Of a DNA stretch of 64,000 nt, positions 35,753 through 48,085 are shown piece by piece (the first letter of the stretch is position 1; every line of letters starts with the position of its first letter). The position numbers and the translations under genes are program-made. This DNA is from an uncultured Gammaproteobacteria bacterium (lineage in GTDB: Bacteria; Patescibacteriota; Microgenomatia; Levybacterales; UBA12049), in NCBI GenBank assembly GCA_964408485.1, contig CAYOZJ010000001.1, positions 28,366 to 92,365 of the forward strand. Direction: 5' to 3'. The notes below the pieces were generated by a model. That model did not search any database. It was not told the origin of the DNA and worked only from the letters and a program-made list of their open reading frames with translations.

Positions 35753-37594
35753 TCATTCCTGCGCAACGCGCAAAACCTCTTCAATTGTTGTTACTCCCGC
35801 GAGTGCTTTAAGATATCCATCTTGTTTCATTGTTATCATTCCTTCTGCAGTTGCTTGCTTTACGATTGTTTCCGCATCTGCTCGCTGCAAAATAAGATGA
35901 GCAATTTTTTCGGTTACTGTAAGGACTTCAAAAATACCAACTCGGCCAATGTATCCTGAGTCACCGCATTGATTACATCCTTTTCCTTTATAGAGCTTTA
36001 CCTCGCCAGTTGGCATAATCGGTCCCAGATTTGTTTTAATCTCCTCAACAAGCTGAGCAGCTGGAATATAGGATTCCTTACAGGTATCACAAATTTTTCT
36101 AACAATTCTTTGTCCCATAACGGCAGTAATTGTTGAAGCAAGTAAAAATGTCTCTGCGCCTAAATCAATAAGACGAGGGAGAGCACCCGATGCATCGGAG
36201 GTATGAAGGGTGGAGAAGACCAAATGGCCAGTGAGTGCCGCTTGGATAGCCAAATCCGTTGTCTCACCGTCTCGGATTTCTCCAACAAGAATAATATTTG
36301 GATCCTGACGAAGAAAACTACGTAATCCGTCAGCAAACGTTAATCCGACAGCTGGATTAATTTGTACTTGATTTACTCCCTGTATTTCATATTCGACCGG
36401 ATCCTCAAGTGACACAATATTTACGCGCGTTGTATTAAGTTTTGCAAGCACAGCATACAGCGTCGTTGTTTTTCCTGATCCCGTAGGTCCGCAAACAAGA
36501 ATAATGCCATGGGGCCGAAGAATTGCTGTCTCCAACGCCTTAAGAGACAATCCGTTAAGTCCGAGTTCTGGCAAAGTTGGGATACCACCTGATTTTCGAA
36601 GAAGTCTCATCACAATTTTTTCACCGTGTACTGTTGGAAGGACAGAAATACGAAGATCAACTTCTTGATTACCAACTTTAAAATTAAACCTGCCGTCTTG
36701 TGGCATGCGATGCTCATCGATTTTCATTTCCGACAAAACCTTAATACGGGAAATAACTGCTTCTTGTACTGTTTTAGGAAGACTCAACCGGTCATACAAA
36801 ATACCATCAATACGGTATCTCACCCGTACCCTGTCATCCATTGGTTCTATGTGCACATCAGATGCGCGGGAATTTACTGCATACTCAAGAATCGTTGCCA
36901 CAATTTTTGCAATTGGCGCTTCTTTAATAATTTGACCAATCTGGCTACTATCAACTGTTTTAGTTGTATTTTCTTGCTTTAGTGCTTCTGTTTCTTTAAC
37001 AGCTCTCCCAACTTCTCCAACTAATTCTTGTCTGTACTGCGCATTAATTGCATTCTTCACGTCTGTTGGTGTTGAGGCAAAAGTTTTTATGGTAAGTCCT
37101 GTTTTTTGTTGAATAAAGGAAAGTGCATCCAAATCTGCTGGGTTACTCATAGCAACCGAGAGAATTTTCGTCTTATCATCGTAAAGAAATGGAATCAGCT
37201 GAAACCGCTCAACAACGGCACGCGGAATAAAACTTAATGCTTCTGGAGAAAAGGATGCTGTTGCTAAATTAATGTAGGGGACACCAAGCATTTGCGCTTT
37301 GGCCTCAGCAATTTTTGCCTCATCCACTATATGCATTTCATCTAATACTTCGTCCGTTGATCTATTCGTTGTTGCGCTTTTTAATTTTATATCGTCATAT
37401 TGCTCTTTGGTAAGCAAATTTTCTCTGAATAATAAATCAGTAACACTCTCTCCAATAGTAGCTGAGACAGGAGGAGCAGGTTGTACCACTACTGAAGGAT
37501 TAAGAACAGGAGCAGCACCTCCGGCAGAAGAGGGAACAACTGGCACATTTGTTCCAACAGGTTGTGCCTGCGGAACGACTTGCTGATCGGGCAT
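35753..37594 (-). CDS. pilB: pilus extension ATPase (GspE/PilB family)
   Basis: PQDGR, GPTGSGKTTT, LRQDPN, TGHLVFSTLHT, zinc-binding Cys pairs. Confidence 0.96.
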   Translation of the reverse strand: MPDQQVVPQAQPVGTNVPVVPSSAGGAAPVLNPSVVVQPAPPVSATIGESVTDLLFRENLLTKEQYDDIKLKSATTNRSTDEVLDEMHIVDEAKIAEAKAQMLGVPYINLATASFSPEALSFIPRAVVERFQLIPFLYDDKTKILSVAMSNPADLDALSFIQQKTGLTIKTFASTPTDVKNAINAQYRQELVGEVGRAVKETEALKQENTTKTVDSSQIGQIIKEAPIAKIVATILEYAVNSRASDVHIEPMDDRVRVRYRIDGILYDRLSLPKTVQEAVISRIKVLSEMKIDEHRMPQDGRFNFKVGNQEVDLRISVLPTVHGEKIVMRLLRKSGGIPTLPELGLNGLSLKALETAILRPHGIILVCGPTGSGKTTTLYAVLAKLNTTRVNIVSLEDPVEYEIQGVNQVQINPAVGLTFADGLRSFLRQDPNIILVGEIRDGETTDLAIQAALTGHLVFSTLHTSDASGALPRLIDLGAETFLLASTITAVMGQRIVRKICDTCKESYIPAAQLVEEIKTNLGPIMPTGEVKLYKGKGCNQCGDSGYIGRVGIFEVLTVTEKIAHLILQRADAETIVKQATAEGMITMKQDGYLKALAGVTTIEEVLRVAQE

Positions 37595-37626
37595 TACTTT
37601 TATAATAGGCGCTCCTGCGTTATACT

Positions 37627-37765
37627 GTCAAGGAAGGAGTGGAAAAATGAGCGAGTGACGAAGACCCCTCGTTATCGCTCTTTGAGCTGACGTACGAATA
37701 GTACTGAAGTCCGATTTAATCGGACTGAAAAGGCGAAAAGGAAGATTAGTGGGGTCAAGGAAGGA
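37627..37765 (+). repeat. structured element flanked by 12-bp direct repeats
   Basis: GTCAAGGAAGGA at 37627-37638 and 37754-37765; core homologous to 62784-62880. Confidence 0.7.
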
Positions 37766-37768
37766 TGT

Positions 37769-38425
37769 ATGCAAAGTTTTATTATTGCTTCCCGCAACAC
37801 AGAAAAAAGAAAAGACTATATAGAAAGTTTTTGCACCAGCAAATCTATTAGCCAATTTGACAAGCACTATATACAACCTGGAGAAAATTCCTTTGGTATT
37901 ACCGAAATCAGAAATGTTCAAAAAACAGCATTCCTTCGTCCACAAAAAGGAAGTGAGAAAGCAATTATTTTGGAGAATGCCCAAAAGCTTACTACAGAGG
38001 CCCAAAACGCATTACTCAAAATGCTGGAAGAACCTCCTACAAATACCTATATTTTCTTGTCTGCAACAACAGAGAATTTCTTTCTTCCAACTATCCTCTC
38101 ACGATGCAAGCTGATTATATTGCCAGAACAAGACACTACGATTTCTGATGAAGAAAAAGAGATACTACACAGTCAGATACAAATTATGACAACAGGTACT
38201 GTTGGCGATAAATTATATCTTGCTGAAAAGGTAGCAGGGGAGAAGGAGAAAATAGGGGAGTGGTTACGAGAAATCGTACTCCTTCTTCGAGACAACATGC
38301 TCGAAGATCCAAAGAATGCTACATATCCTAATTTTATTGTACAAATGCAGGAAGCGAGTAAGTTTTTCCAAACAACAAATGTCGCCCCACGAGTATTACT
38401 TGAGCATACATTTCTTTCTCTATGA
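37769..38425 (+). CDS. holB: DNA polymerase III delta' subunit (short form)
   Basis: AQNALLKMLEEPP, LPTILSRC. Confidence 0.85.
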   Translation: MQSFIIASRNTEKRKDYIESFCTSKSISQFDKHYIQPGENSFGITEIRNVQKTAFLRPQKGSEKAIILENAQKLTTEAQNALLKMLEEPPTNTYIFLSATTENFFLPTILSRCKLIILPEQDTTISDEEKEILHSQIQIMTTGTVGDKLYLAEKVAGEKEKIGEWLREIVLLLRDNMLEDPKNATYPNFIVQMQEASKFFQTTNVAPRVLLEHTFLSL

Positions 38426-39099
38426 AATTTAATGATCCAATACTGCAGGAGTTAGTCAAAAAATATCCTGCGCCAAAATTTGAAGACCGGACAGGAAAAC
38501 TTTATGAAGAATTGGTTGAATCTATTATTTCCCAACAACTATCTGTCAAAGCATCAGATACTATATATAAGCGGTTTAAGGACTTATTTAAACCTGTCAT
38601 TGCGAACAGTGCGCGACCCCTCGGCGAAGATAGTCCCGAGTCGGGAAAGCAATCTAATACAAATAACGAGATTGCCGCGTCGTCTTCGACTCCTCGCAAT
38701 GACGCCTTCCCATCGCCTCAACAAGTTCTTGCCATGTCGGACGAACTTCTTCGAACAGCAGGTATTTCTTTTCAAAAAATTTCCTATATAAAAAGTGTTG
38801 CCGATGCTTTTATTTCCGATTTAATTGATGTTGAAAAAATAAAGAAAATGACTAATGATGAAGTGATTGAGACACTTACCCAAATTCGGGGAGTAGGGAA
38901 GTGGACTGCAGAAATGACTCTTATTTTTACACTCAAAAAACCTGATGTATTTTCTTTGGGAGACTTAGGTCTTCGCAATGCAATTACCAAGCTGTATGGA
39001 ATAACAGATCAAAAGAAAATGCTTGAGTTATCTGAAACCTGGAAACCTTTTAGAAGTTATGCGTGTTGGTATTTGTGGAGAAGTCTGGAGAATAGTTAA
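38422..39099 (+). CDS. DNA-3-methyladenine glycosylase, AlkA/HhH-GPD family
   Basis: SIISQQLS, IRGVGKWTAEM, GDLGLR, WKPFRSYA. Confidence 0.92.
   Translation: MKFNDPILQELVKKYPAPKFEDRTGKLYEELVESIISQQLSVKASDTIYKRFKDLFKPVIANSARPLGEDSPESGKQSNTNNEIAASSSTPRNDAFPSPQQVLAMSDELLRTAGISFQKISYIKSVADAFISDLIDVEKIKKMTNDEVIETLTQIRGVGKWTAEMTLIFTLKKPDVFSLGDLGLRNAITKLYGITDQKKMLELSETWKPFRSYACWYLWRSLENS
38596..38703 (+). repeat. in-frame palindromic element inside the glycosylase gene
   Basis: 108 bp GTCATTGCGAA...CTCGCAATGAC; last 35 bp identical to the recG insert. Confidence 0.85.
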
Positions 39100-39446
39100 C
39101 CTTGTTGCTGTGGAGCTTGTGGTTCAGTTGCTAAGCGCGTTGCCCTATTGACTCTCCACCTTGAAGCTGCTTCTTCTGCATTGTTTCCGTGAAGAATTTC
39201 GTCACCCTTAGATTTTGCGGTAGATGCACCAACAATTGCTGCCACCGGAATAAGAGGATGAACAACAACTGAAACAAGACCAATTATTATGGTTGCTCTT
39301 GTTCTTCCTGGAGTCCTACGTCTTGCTGCATCTGATAAAGCTTTTTCTCTACGATATTCTTCTGCTGCAGCATTTTCATCAAGAAGGAGTTGAACTCCTG
39401 CGGGTAACTTTGCTCTTTCGGAAAGTGATGTAGATCCTTTTTTCAT
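39096..39446 (-). CDS. small orphan membrane protein
   Basis: 116 aa with a central hydrophobic segment. Confidence 0.6.
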   Translation of the reverse strand: MKKGSTSLSERAKLPAGVQLLLDENAAAEEYRREKALSDAARRRTPGRTRATIIIGLVSVVVHPLIPVAAIVGASTAKSKGDEILHGNNAEEAASRWRVNRATRLATEPQAPQQQG

Positions 39447-39540
39447 CTATTTATTTTTTATCAACTTATAGTGATTTTGTCAAGTAAGAAAAATGCTTAA
39501 AGGGAGTACAAATCTCTGTTACAAAAACAGATTACTATAG

Positions 39541-41526
<1,986 letters not shown>

Positions 41527-41665
41527 GTATCATGTATTAAGTATCACGTAGTGTGTACACATTTTCATAATACGTAATACTTGCTACATACTACATCTTG
41601 ATCATGTAGATAAGCAGTAGGTTGCAAAAGAACTATAATATATATATTATAAGAGGAATAAAACT

Positions 41666-42205
41666 ATGCCAGACTTTAATAAAATATTAACACCAGGAAA
41701 AGTAGATGAGGGAATGGTAAATGCAATTGTTGATATTCCGGAGGGTTCTTCTTTAAAAATTGAATATGACCGCGAGCATGGTATGTTTGTGTTAGACAGA
41801 GTAGAACCAGATATTTTTGCAAAACCAGTTAATTATGGTTTTATCCCGGCGACAAAAGATACAGATGGAGACGAATTAGACGTCTTATTGGTAACAGATG
41901 AACCAATCCCAACAGGGACATTGGTACATAGTAAAGTAGTGGGTATTTTTAACTTTGAAGACGATGGGGAAATGGATTACAAAATTGTCTGTGTCCCAGA
42001 AGACGACAGAAATACTGGAGACAGTATTAATTCCCTTGATGATTTAGGTAAACGCTGGCAGCAAAAAATTGAATTCCACTTTGCACACTACAAAGATCTT
42101 AAAAAACCAGGGACAACCAAAGTCTTAGGATGGGGAGATGTTGAAGAAGCAAAAAAAATTATTCATGAGTGCATAGAGCGCTTCCAGAATGAAGGATTTA
42201 AGTAG
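41666..42205 (+). CDS. ppa: family I inorganic pyrophosphatase
   Basis: NYGFIP, DGDELD, DYKI, FAHYK. Confidence 0.95.
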   Translation: MPDFNKILTPGKVDEGMVNAIVDIPEGSSLKIEYDREHGMFVLDRVEPDIFAKPVNYGFIPATKDTDGDELDVLLVTDEPIPTGTLVHSKVVGIFNFEDDGEMDYKIVCVPEDDRNTGDSINSLDDLGKRWQQKIEFHFAHYKDLKKPGTTKVLGWGDVEEAKKIIHECIERFQNEGFK

Positions 42206-42335
42206 TAGACGATAGATGATTGATAATAGAAGATGGGTTTGGAAAATAGAAAATTGTTTGTAGAACTTCTACCTTCAATCTTCTAGCTTCTACCACTACT
42301 TTCTATAATCTATTTTCTATCGTCAAATATTTTAT

Positions 42336-44867
42336 ATGGCAGATATAGGCCAATTACAAAAAGCTGAATTAACATTTGAAATGAAACGGGCGTATTTGGA
42401 TTACGCCATGTCTGTTATTGTTGATCGCGCACTTCCAGACGTGAGAGATGGCCTTAAACCAGTCCATCGTCGCATTTTGTATGCAATGAGCGAGATGGGA
42501 CTGGACCACTCCAGCAAATACAAAAAGTCCGCAACTGTTGTTGGAGAAGTGCTCGGAAAATACCATCCACATGGAGACGTACCAGTGTATGATGCAATGG
42601 TTCGTTTGGCTCAAGAATTTTCACTTCGGTATCCGCTTATTGACGGACAAGGAAACTTTGGATCACTTGACGGCGACCCACCAGCAGCCATGCGTTATAC
42701 TGAGGCACGAATGGCAGCAATTGCATCTGAAATGCTGTGGGATTTAGATAAAGAAACAGTAGACACAAGACCAAATTTTGATTCTTCAAGGCAAGAACCT
42801 ATCTATTTACCAGCAAAATTACCAAATCTCCTTCTTGCCGGTGCAGAAGGTATTGCAGTTGGCATGGCAACCAAAATTCCCCCACATAATTTGTCTGAGG
42901 TAATTGATGCAATTCATGCAATGATTGCCAAAACAAAAATTACAAAAGTGGGATTAAAAGAGGGAGAAAAAGAATCTTCCCAAAACGGCGCAAAAGGAAC
43001 TCATTCTTCAACAGACCAAATAACACTCACCACAGACATTACTATTGAAGAACTCCTCGAACATATTAAAGGCCCTGATTTCCCAACGAGAGGAATGATT
43101 TATGACATTACAGAAATTCGAAATCTTTATACAACGGGTAAGGGTAAAATTATTATTCGCGGCAAGGCAGAAATTGAAGAAATAGGACAGGGAAAAAGTG
43201 CAATTATTATTACCGAGCTGCCATACCAAGTAAATAAAGCGCTTCTTGTTGCAAGAATTGCCGATTTGGCAAAAGAGAAAAAAGTAGAGGGCATTTCAGA
43301 TTTACGAGATGAATCAGATAGACACGGTCTTCGAGTAGTTATTGAGCTTAAGCGAGATGCAGCGCCAAAAAAAGTACTCAATAATCTTTACAAGAATACA
43401 GCACTCCAAACCTCTTTCCCAGGAAATGTCGTAGCACTTGTTAATGGCACACCTCAGACTCTTACCCTTAAAGCAATTTTAGAAGAATACCTTAAGCACC
43501 GATTTATTGTTATTACAAGGCGATCTGAATTTGAGCTTCGCCAAGCAAAAGCAAGGCTTCATATTTTAGAAGGACTCAAAATTGCAGTAGACCATATTGA
43601 TGCAGTCATTAAGACAATTCGTGAATCAAAAGACCAGGAAGAAGCAAAGAAAAACTTAATGGAAAAGTTTAAATTATCAGAGCTTCAATCAACAGCAATC
43701 TTAGATATGCAACTCAGACGCCTCGCAGCACTTGAGCGGCAAAAGATTGAAGATGAGTTGCTTATGATTAAAGAAACAATTGCTTATATAGAAGACTTAC
43801 TCGCACATCCTGAGAAAATTCTTAAAGTAGTTGGAGAAGAATTAACACACCTGAAAGAAAAATATGGAGACGAAAGACGTACCAAAGTGTACAAAGGAAA
43901 AGTCGATGAATTCTCTGAAGAAGATTTAATTCCTAATGAGCCAACCGTAATTACTATTACCAACACAGGATACATAAAACGCCAATCAACCAATTCATTC
44001 CATACACAAAATAGAGGAGGGAAGGGAATTAAAGGCATGACAACAAAAGAAGAAGATGACATTATGAATATTCGCTATGCTCAGACCCATGATAATTTGC
44101 TTTTCTTTACCAATAAAGGAAAGGTATTCCAGCTAAAAGCATATGAAATTGCAGAATCTTCTCGCACCAGTAAGGGTAGTGCAATTGTTAACTTACTTAA
44201 TATAGAAGCAGGGGAGAAGATTGAGTCATTTATTAATTATCAGGGCAAATTAAAAGACACGTATGTATTCCTGACAACTCGAAATGGGACAGTTAAAAAA
44301 TCAAAAGTCAGTGAATTTGAAAATATTAGGAAAAGTGGCATTGTTGCGATAAAATTAGATAAAGGAGACGAATTAGTATGGAGCACCTTAACATCTGATG
44401 ATGATGAGATACTTCTTGTTACAAAAGAAGGAAAGGCAATTCGATTTAATGAAAAACAAGTACGTGCAATGGGAAGAGCAACACAAGGAGTACGGGGAGT
44501 TAAAATAAATGCAACCGATGAAGTGATTAGTATGGATATTGTCCATCACGACGACAAAGATGCAGTACTTTTTACTATTATGGAAAATGGATTAGGCAAG
44601 AAAACACTTGCTAGTGAATTTAGAGGCCAAACACGAGGTGGCATGGGAGTAAAAGTTGCTAATGTTACCGAGAAAACAGGAAAAGTAGCCGTGTCACAGA
44701 TTGTTCCACCAAATTGCACAAGTGTTATTATTACATCCAAAAAGGGACAGGTAGTACAGCTTGAGTTAAAATCTATTCCCAAGCTTTCCCGCGCAACACA
44801 AGGCGTTATCTTAATGCGATTTAGTAAATCCGGCGATCACGTTGCCTCAGCAACCTGCGTAGAATAA
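42336..44867 (+). CDS. gyrA: DNA gyrase subunit A
   Basis: [22 protein letters not shown], GyrA-box QNRGGKG. Confidence 0.97.
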   Translation: MADIGQLQKAELTFEMKRAYLDYAMSVIVDRALPDVRDGLKPVHRRILYAMSEMGLDHSSKYKKSATVVGEVLGKYHPHGDVPVYDAMVRLAQEFSLRYPLIDGQGNFGSLDGDPPAAMRYTEARMAAIASEMLWDLDKETVDTRPNFDSSRQEPIYLPAKLPNLLLAGAEGIAVGMATKIPPHNLSEVIDAIHAMIAKTKITKVGLKEGEKESSQNGAKGTHSSTDQITLTTDITIEELLEHIKGPDFPTRGMIYDITEIRNLYTTGKGKIIIRGKAEIEEIGQGKSAIIITELPYQVNKALLVARIADLAKEKKVEGISDLRDESDRHGLRVVIELKRDAAPKKVLNNLYKNTALQTSFPGNVVALVNGTPQTLTLKAILEEYLKHRFIVITRRSEFELRQAKARLHILEGLKIAVDHIDAVIKTIRESKDQEEAKKNLMEKFKLSELQSTAILDMQLRRLAALERQKIEDELLMIKETIAYIEDLLAHPEKILKVVGEELTHLKEKYGDERRTKVYKGKVDEFSEEDLIPNEPTVITITNTGYIKRQSTNSFHTQNRGGKGIKGMTTKEEDDIMNIRYAQTHDNLLFFTNKGKVFQLKAYEIAESSRTSKGSAIVNLLNIEAGEKIESFINYQGKLKDTYVFLTTRNGTVKKSKVSEFENIRKSGIVAIKLDKGDELVWSTLTSDDDEILLVTKEGKAIRFNEKQVRAMGRATQGVRGVKINATDEVISMDIVHHDDKDAVLFTIMENGLGKKTLASEFRGQTRGGMGVKVANVTEKTGKVAVSQIVPPNCTSVIITSKKGQVVQLELKSIPKLSRATQGVILMRFSKSGDHVASATCVE

Positions 44868-44911
44868 CTACTTGATTTTATTTTATTTGCTCTTTATAAT
44901 CCTTACTTAAT

Positions 44912-45175
44912 ATGTCAGGACAACAAGGATCAAGAAGAAACCCCTCGGGAAGACCAACCCCCGCTCAAGATGAAATCTTAGATATGGCTAGATCAAGAGG
45001 AACGTTTGACTTACGCGTATTAAGAGAAGAAGCAAACCTTCGTGAGTTATCAATTCCTTATGAGGGAGCATTGAGAAGACTTGCAGAAAATCAAGGAGTC
45101 GAGGTCAAGGGTAACAAAAAATGGCGTTCAGATCTAGAGAAAAAACTCCAAAGCAAACCAGCGGAATCTGAATAA
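44912..45175 (+). CDS. small orphan protein
   Basis: 87 aa with its own TTGATT...TATAAT promoter. Confidence 0.6.
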   Translation: MSGQQGSRRNPSGRPTPAQDEILDMARSRGTFDLRVLREEANLRELSIPYEGALRRLAENQGVEVKGNKKWRSDLEKKLQSKPAESE

Positions 45176-45198
45176 AGAAATTTTGCTATAATAGCCTC

Positions 45199-46053
45199 AT
45201 GTTGTTAGATGGAAAAACAGTTGCCAATTATATTCTTGCTGGACTTATCGAGCGTGTAGATTTGCTGCAAGAGCAAAATATTCAGCCTCACTTGGCTGTT
45301 ATTCAAGTTGGGGAAAATCCCGAATCCACTTCTTATATTGTCCAGAAAGAAAAAAAAGCTAGAGAAATTGGTGTAGTTGTAAGCGTTTATAATCATCCAG
45401 AGGATATATCTCAGGAAAAGTTACAAGAAACAATTGATTTTCTACAAAAAGACGGCACAATTCATGGCATTATCTTGCAGCTACCCATTCCAAAAAGTCT
45501 TGACGCACAAAAACTTATTGATTCAATTCCACCAGAAAAAGATGTTGATGGATTTGTACCCAACTCACCATTTATTGTCCCCATTGCTGCCGCAATTATG
45601 AAGCTCTTGGAGGTGCCAATGATGAAAGAAGCACTAACAACAGGAGAATCCTTTAACGAATGGCTTTTATCCAAGCAGATTGTTGTTATGGGAAAAGGGA
45701 CAACAGGAGGAATGCCAATTATTCAAGAACTTCAAAAAAGAGGAGTCGAGCCTATTGTCATTGATTCAAAGACACAAAACCCAACAGAAGCAACAAAACG
45801 CGCAGATATTATTATAACCGCTGTTGGCAAACCTGGAATTTTAACAAGAGATATGATTAAAGAGGACGCTATCCTTCTAAATGTTGGCATGACAAGGGAA
45901 GGTGACGGCAAGTTTGTTGGAGATTACACTGAAGAAGACATAAAGGATATTGCTGGGTGGTACAGCCCAACTCCAGGCGGCGTTGGACCGGTTAATGTGG
46001 CATGTTTACTCGAAAATGTTGTAATAGCTGCAGAGAAAACATCTTCAAATTGA
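45199..46053 (+). CDS. folD: methylenetetrahydrofolate dehydrogenase/cyclohydrolase
   Basis: LDGK, GIILQLP, EKDVDG, PTPGGVGP. Confidence 0.95.
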   Translation: MLLDGKTVANYILAGLIERVDLLQEQNIQPHLAVIQVGENPESTSYIVQKEKKAREIGVVVSVYNHPEDISQEKLQETIDFLQKDGTIHGIILQLPIPKSLDAQKLIDSIPPEKDVDGFVPNSPFIVPIAAAIMKLLEVPMMKEALTTGESFNEWLLSKQIVVMGKGTTGGMPIIQELQKRGVEPIVIDSKTQNPTEATKRADIIITAVGKPGILTRDMIKEDAILLNVGMTREGDGKFVGDYTEEDIKDIAGWYSPTPGGVGPVNVACLLENVVIAAEKTSSN

Positions 46054-46147
46054 CAAAGAAAATACAATTTCCATTTTCTTTGTCATCCTGAGCAAAGCGA
46101 AGGATCTCTCATCAATTGTAAGAATCTAATGAAGAAAAGGTAAGTAC

Positions 46148-46322
46148 TTGACAGAATTTCCATTGTTGTATCATAATTAAACTCCAGAGACATATGAAAT
46201 ACTCTGGTTTTTTTGAAGCTAAGAAGCTCTTTATTATTAATAAGACGAAGTATCAAACGCCCACACAGGCGTTTTTTTTTGACATTTTTGCAGCCTACCA
46301 GCTGCATTTTTATTGCGTATGA
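46148..46322 (+). promoter_or_regulatory. promoter and leader with two hairpin/U-tract elements and a 42-codon uORF (46194-46322)
   Basis: TTGACA 46148; CCAGAG/CTCTGG plus T run; AAACGCC/GGCGTTT plus T run; uORF stop overlaps ATG 46319. Confidence 0.55.
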
Positions 46323-47428
46323 GAAGTGCCAACGAAGTACCAACATTGCTATCCAACTTTGCAGTTAAACGCACCACAGCAAACTCTGAGTCATCTTACG
46401 CAGTACGCCGTTTCCCTCGTCTTGGAGCTATAAGAAGAGGGGGAGGGGGAGAAGATAGACAACCTAATATTAAAGTTCCTCGACCTGATATGGAAAAAAC
46501 GCTTACGCTGTTTCAGCAAAGTGCGGAAAAAACAGGACTGGAAATTGGCCAACATGACCCTGCGGTAAAACTTCTCCGTGTTACAGGAATCGGATTTGGA
46601 GACTCACGCGAAAATCCTAATATGCATCCAGCAGAAGCGCTCATGCAAATCAACGATGGGACAGGAAACTCTCTGAGATTTCGTCTCATTAACCAGGGAT
46701 CATTCACTGACGGAGAAGGACGAGTATGGGACGGAAGAGTTGTCGCATTTGTCGAGCAAGCAAAAATTCATGGACAAAATATCGACTTAACTCATGAAAT
46801 GACTCACGAGGGTTTTGTTTTTCTTACTAAAGGTATGCCTGATATTCTTCAACAAGTAAAAAATGGGGATCAACCTACAGCAACAATCCGCCAAGAAACA
46901 CCAGACGCGGTTTGTTTTATTGACGGTCATCACACATTTATTGGAAGACATGACATGGGATGTTACTGTAAAGAAGAACGAGAAGCATCCCTTGCCGTTA
47001 TTCACGCTACAGGCGGGGTGAGCAGTCTTATGCCAGGCACAGGAAATGGCAATGGAAGAAGAGCACAAGACATGCAAATTGCCGCACGCTATAGCCTTGC
47101 AGAAAACGACAGCTCTCTTGAATTACTTCCTTCCTATCCTGAGGTCTATAACAGAATGGGCAAGAAGGGCGATGATAGGAATAGGACACTAAAAATTTCA
47201 ACCCTCCTTCTTGAACATCTTTTCCAAATAAAAAATGTTCCAAATATCACAACGTTAACTGAAAGCAAAGCAAAGCAAAATGTTTGGAATGAATTTGGTG
47301 CACAACACATGGTAACTGGACAGTCTCTCCATGTAACTCCTGTTGACCACCCTGACTCACGATACAAACAGCAAGTTTTGGGTTACTCACGAGCAGACGA
47401 AGTACCTTTCCCGCTTCAGCGCAGATAA
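46319..47428 (+). CDS. divergent GTP cyclohydrolase II (RibA)-fold protein with long N-terminal extension
   Basis: C..G...CYC, ASLAVI..TGG, G.G.G, ARY, DDR, ITTLT...K and YK..VLGY align by eye with the ordered RibA motifs. Confidence 0.6.
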   Translation: MRSANEVPTLLSNFAVKRTTANSESSYAVRRFPRLGAIRRGGGGEDRQPNIKVPRPDMEKTLTLFQQSAEKTGLEIGQHDPAVKLLRVTGIGFGDSRENPNMHPAEALMQINDGTGNSLRFRLINQGSFTDGEGRVWDGRVVAFVEQAKIHGQNIDLTHEMTHEGFVFLTKGMPDILQQVKNGDQPTATIRQETPDAVCFIDGHHTFIGRHDMGCYCKEEREASLAVIHATGGVSSLMPGTGNGNGRRAQDMQIAARYSLAENDSSLELLPSYPEVYNRMGKKGDDRNRTLKISTLLLEHLFQIKNVPNITTLTESKAKQNVWNEFGAQHMVTGQSLHVTPVDHPDSRYKQQVLGYSRADEVPFPLQRR

Positions 47429-47471
47429 AAGAATCTTGTCAATAAGTGGGTTTTCCCATATACTGTCTAAT

Positions 47472-48020
47472 ATGCCTCTTACCAAATCAGATATTGCCAA
47501 GGAGTATCAACCTTTCATAAGTGTCCAGGATTATTCTCCCAAGCAAAAAATTGAAGGCGTAGAAGTTGTTGAAATAAAAGTCTTTACTGGGGAAGACGGC
47601 GACTTTTCCGAATTAGCACGACTCACGCCAAGTGGAAAATTAGAAGGATTTCCTGATTTTCAAGTGCGACAAATGAGTAGATCCAAAGTTATGCCAAAAT
47701 CTGTCAAGGCATGGCATTTTCATTTAAAGCAAGATGAAATCCAGACAGTACTTCCTGAAGATAAATTAATTATTGGTCTGTGGGACCTGAGGGAAAAATC
47801 TAAGACAAAGAGTATGACCATGAGGCTAGCATTTGGGGGAGGAAAGGCTCACTGGCTTTATATCCCTAAAGGAGTTGCACACGGCTACATGAATCCATTC
47901 GAAACACCAGCAACAGTACTCTATATGATGAACGAGCAATTTGATATAAAAAATCCAGATGAAATGCGCATGCCCTGGGACGCAATGGGTAAAGAATTTT
48001 GGGAATTAGCCAAAGAATAG
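47472..48020 (+). CDS. dTDP-4-dehydrorhamnose 3,5-epimerase family (RmlC-like cupin)
   Basis: DGDFSE, VKAWHFH, LWDLR, IPKGVAHG. Confidence 0.85.
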   Translation: MPLTKSDIAKEYQPFISVQDYSPKQKIEGVEVVEIKVFTGEDGDFSELARLTPSGKLEGFPDFQVRQMSRSKVMPKSVKAWHFHLKQDEIQTVLPEDKLIIGLWDLREKSKTKSMTMRLAFGGGKAHWLYIPKGVAHGYMNPFETPATVLYMMNEQFDIKNPDEMRMPWDAMGKEFWELAKE

Positions 48021-48085
48021 CCTCAAAGCGTAAGAATTTGTCTTATAGTATTGACATTTCTGAAAGAAATGTTTATAATGCTCAT

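Noticed and set aside
37700-37740. Hammerhead ribozyme in the structured element (CTGAA-GTCC...GGAC-TGAAA)
   Set aside because: The core lacks the CUGANGA spacing and has an extra U before GAAA, and the second copy has TTGAA; the resemblance is not enough to call.
46180-46280. FMN riboswitch or PyrR-binding loop before the RibA-fold gene
   Set aside because: No RFN consensus; TCCAGAGA only partly resembles the PyrR loop and the flanking consensus is missing.
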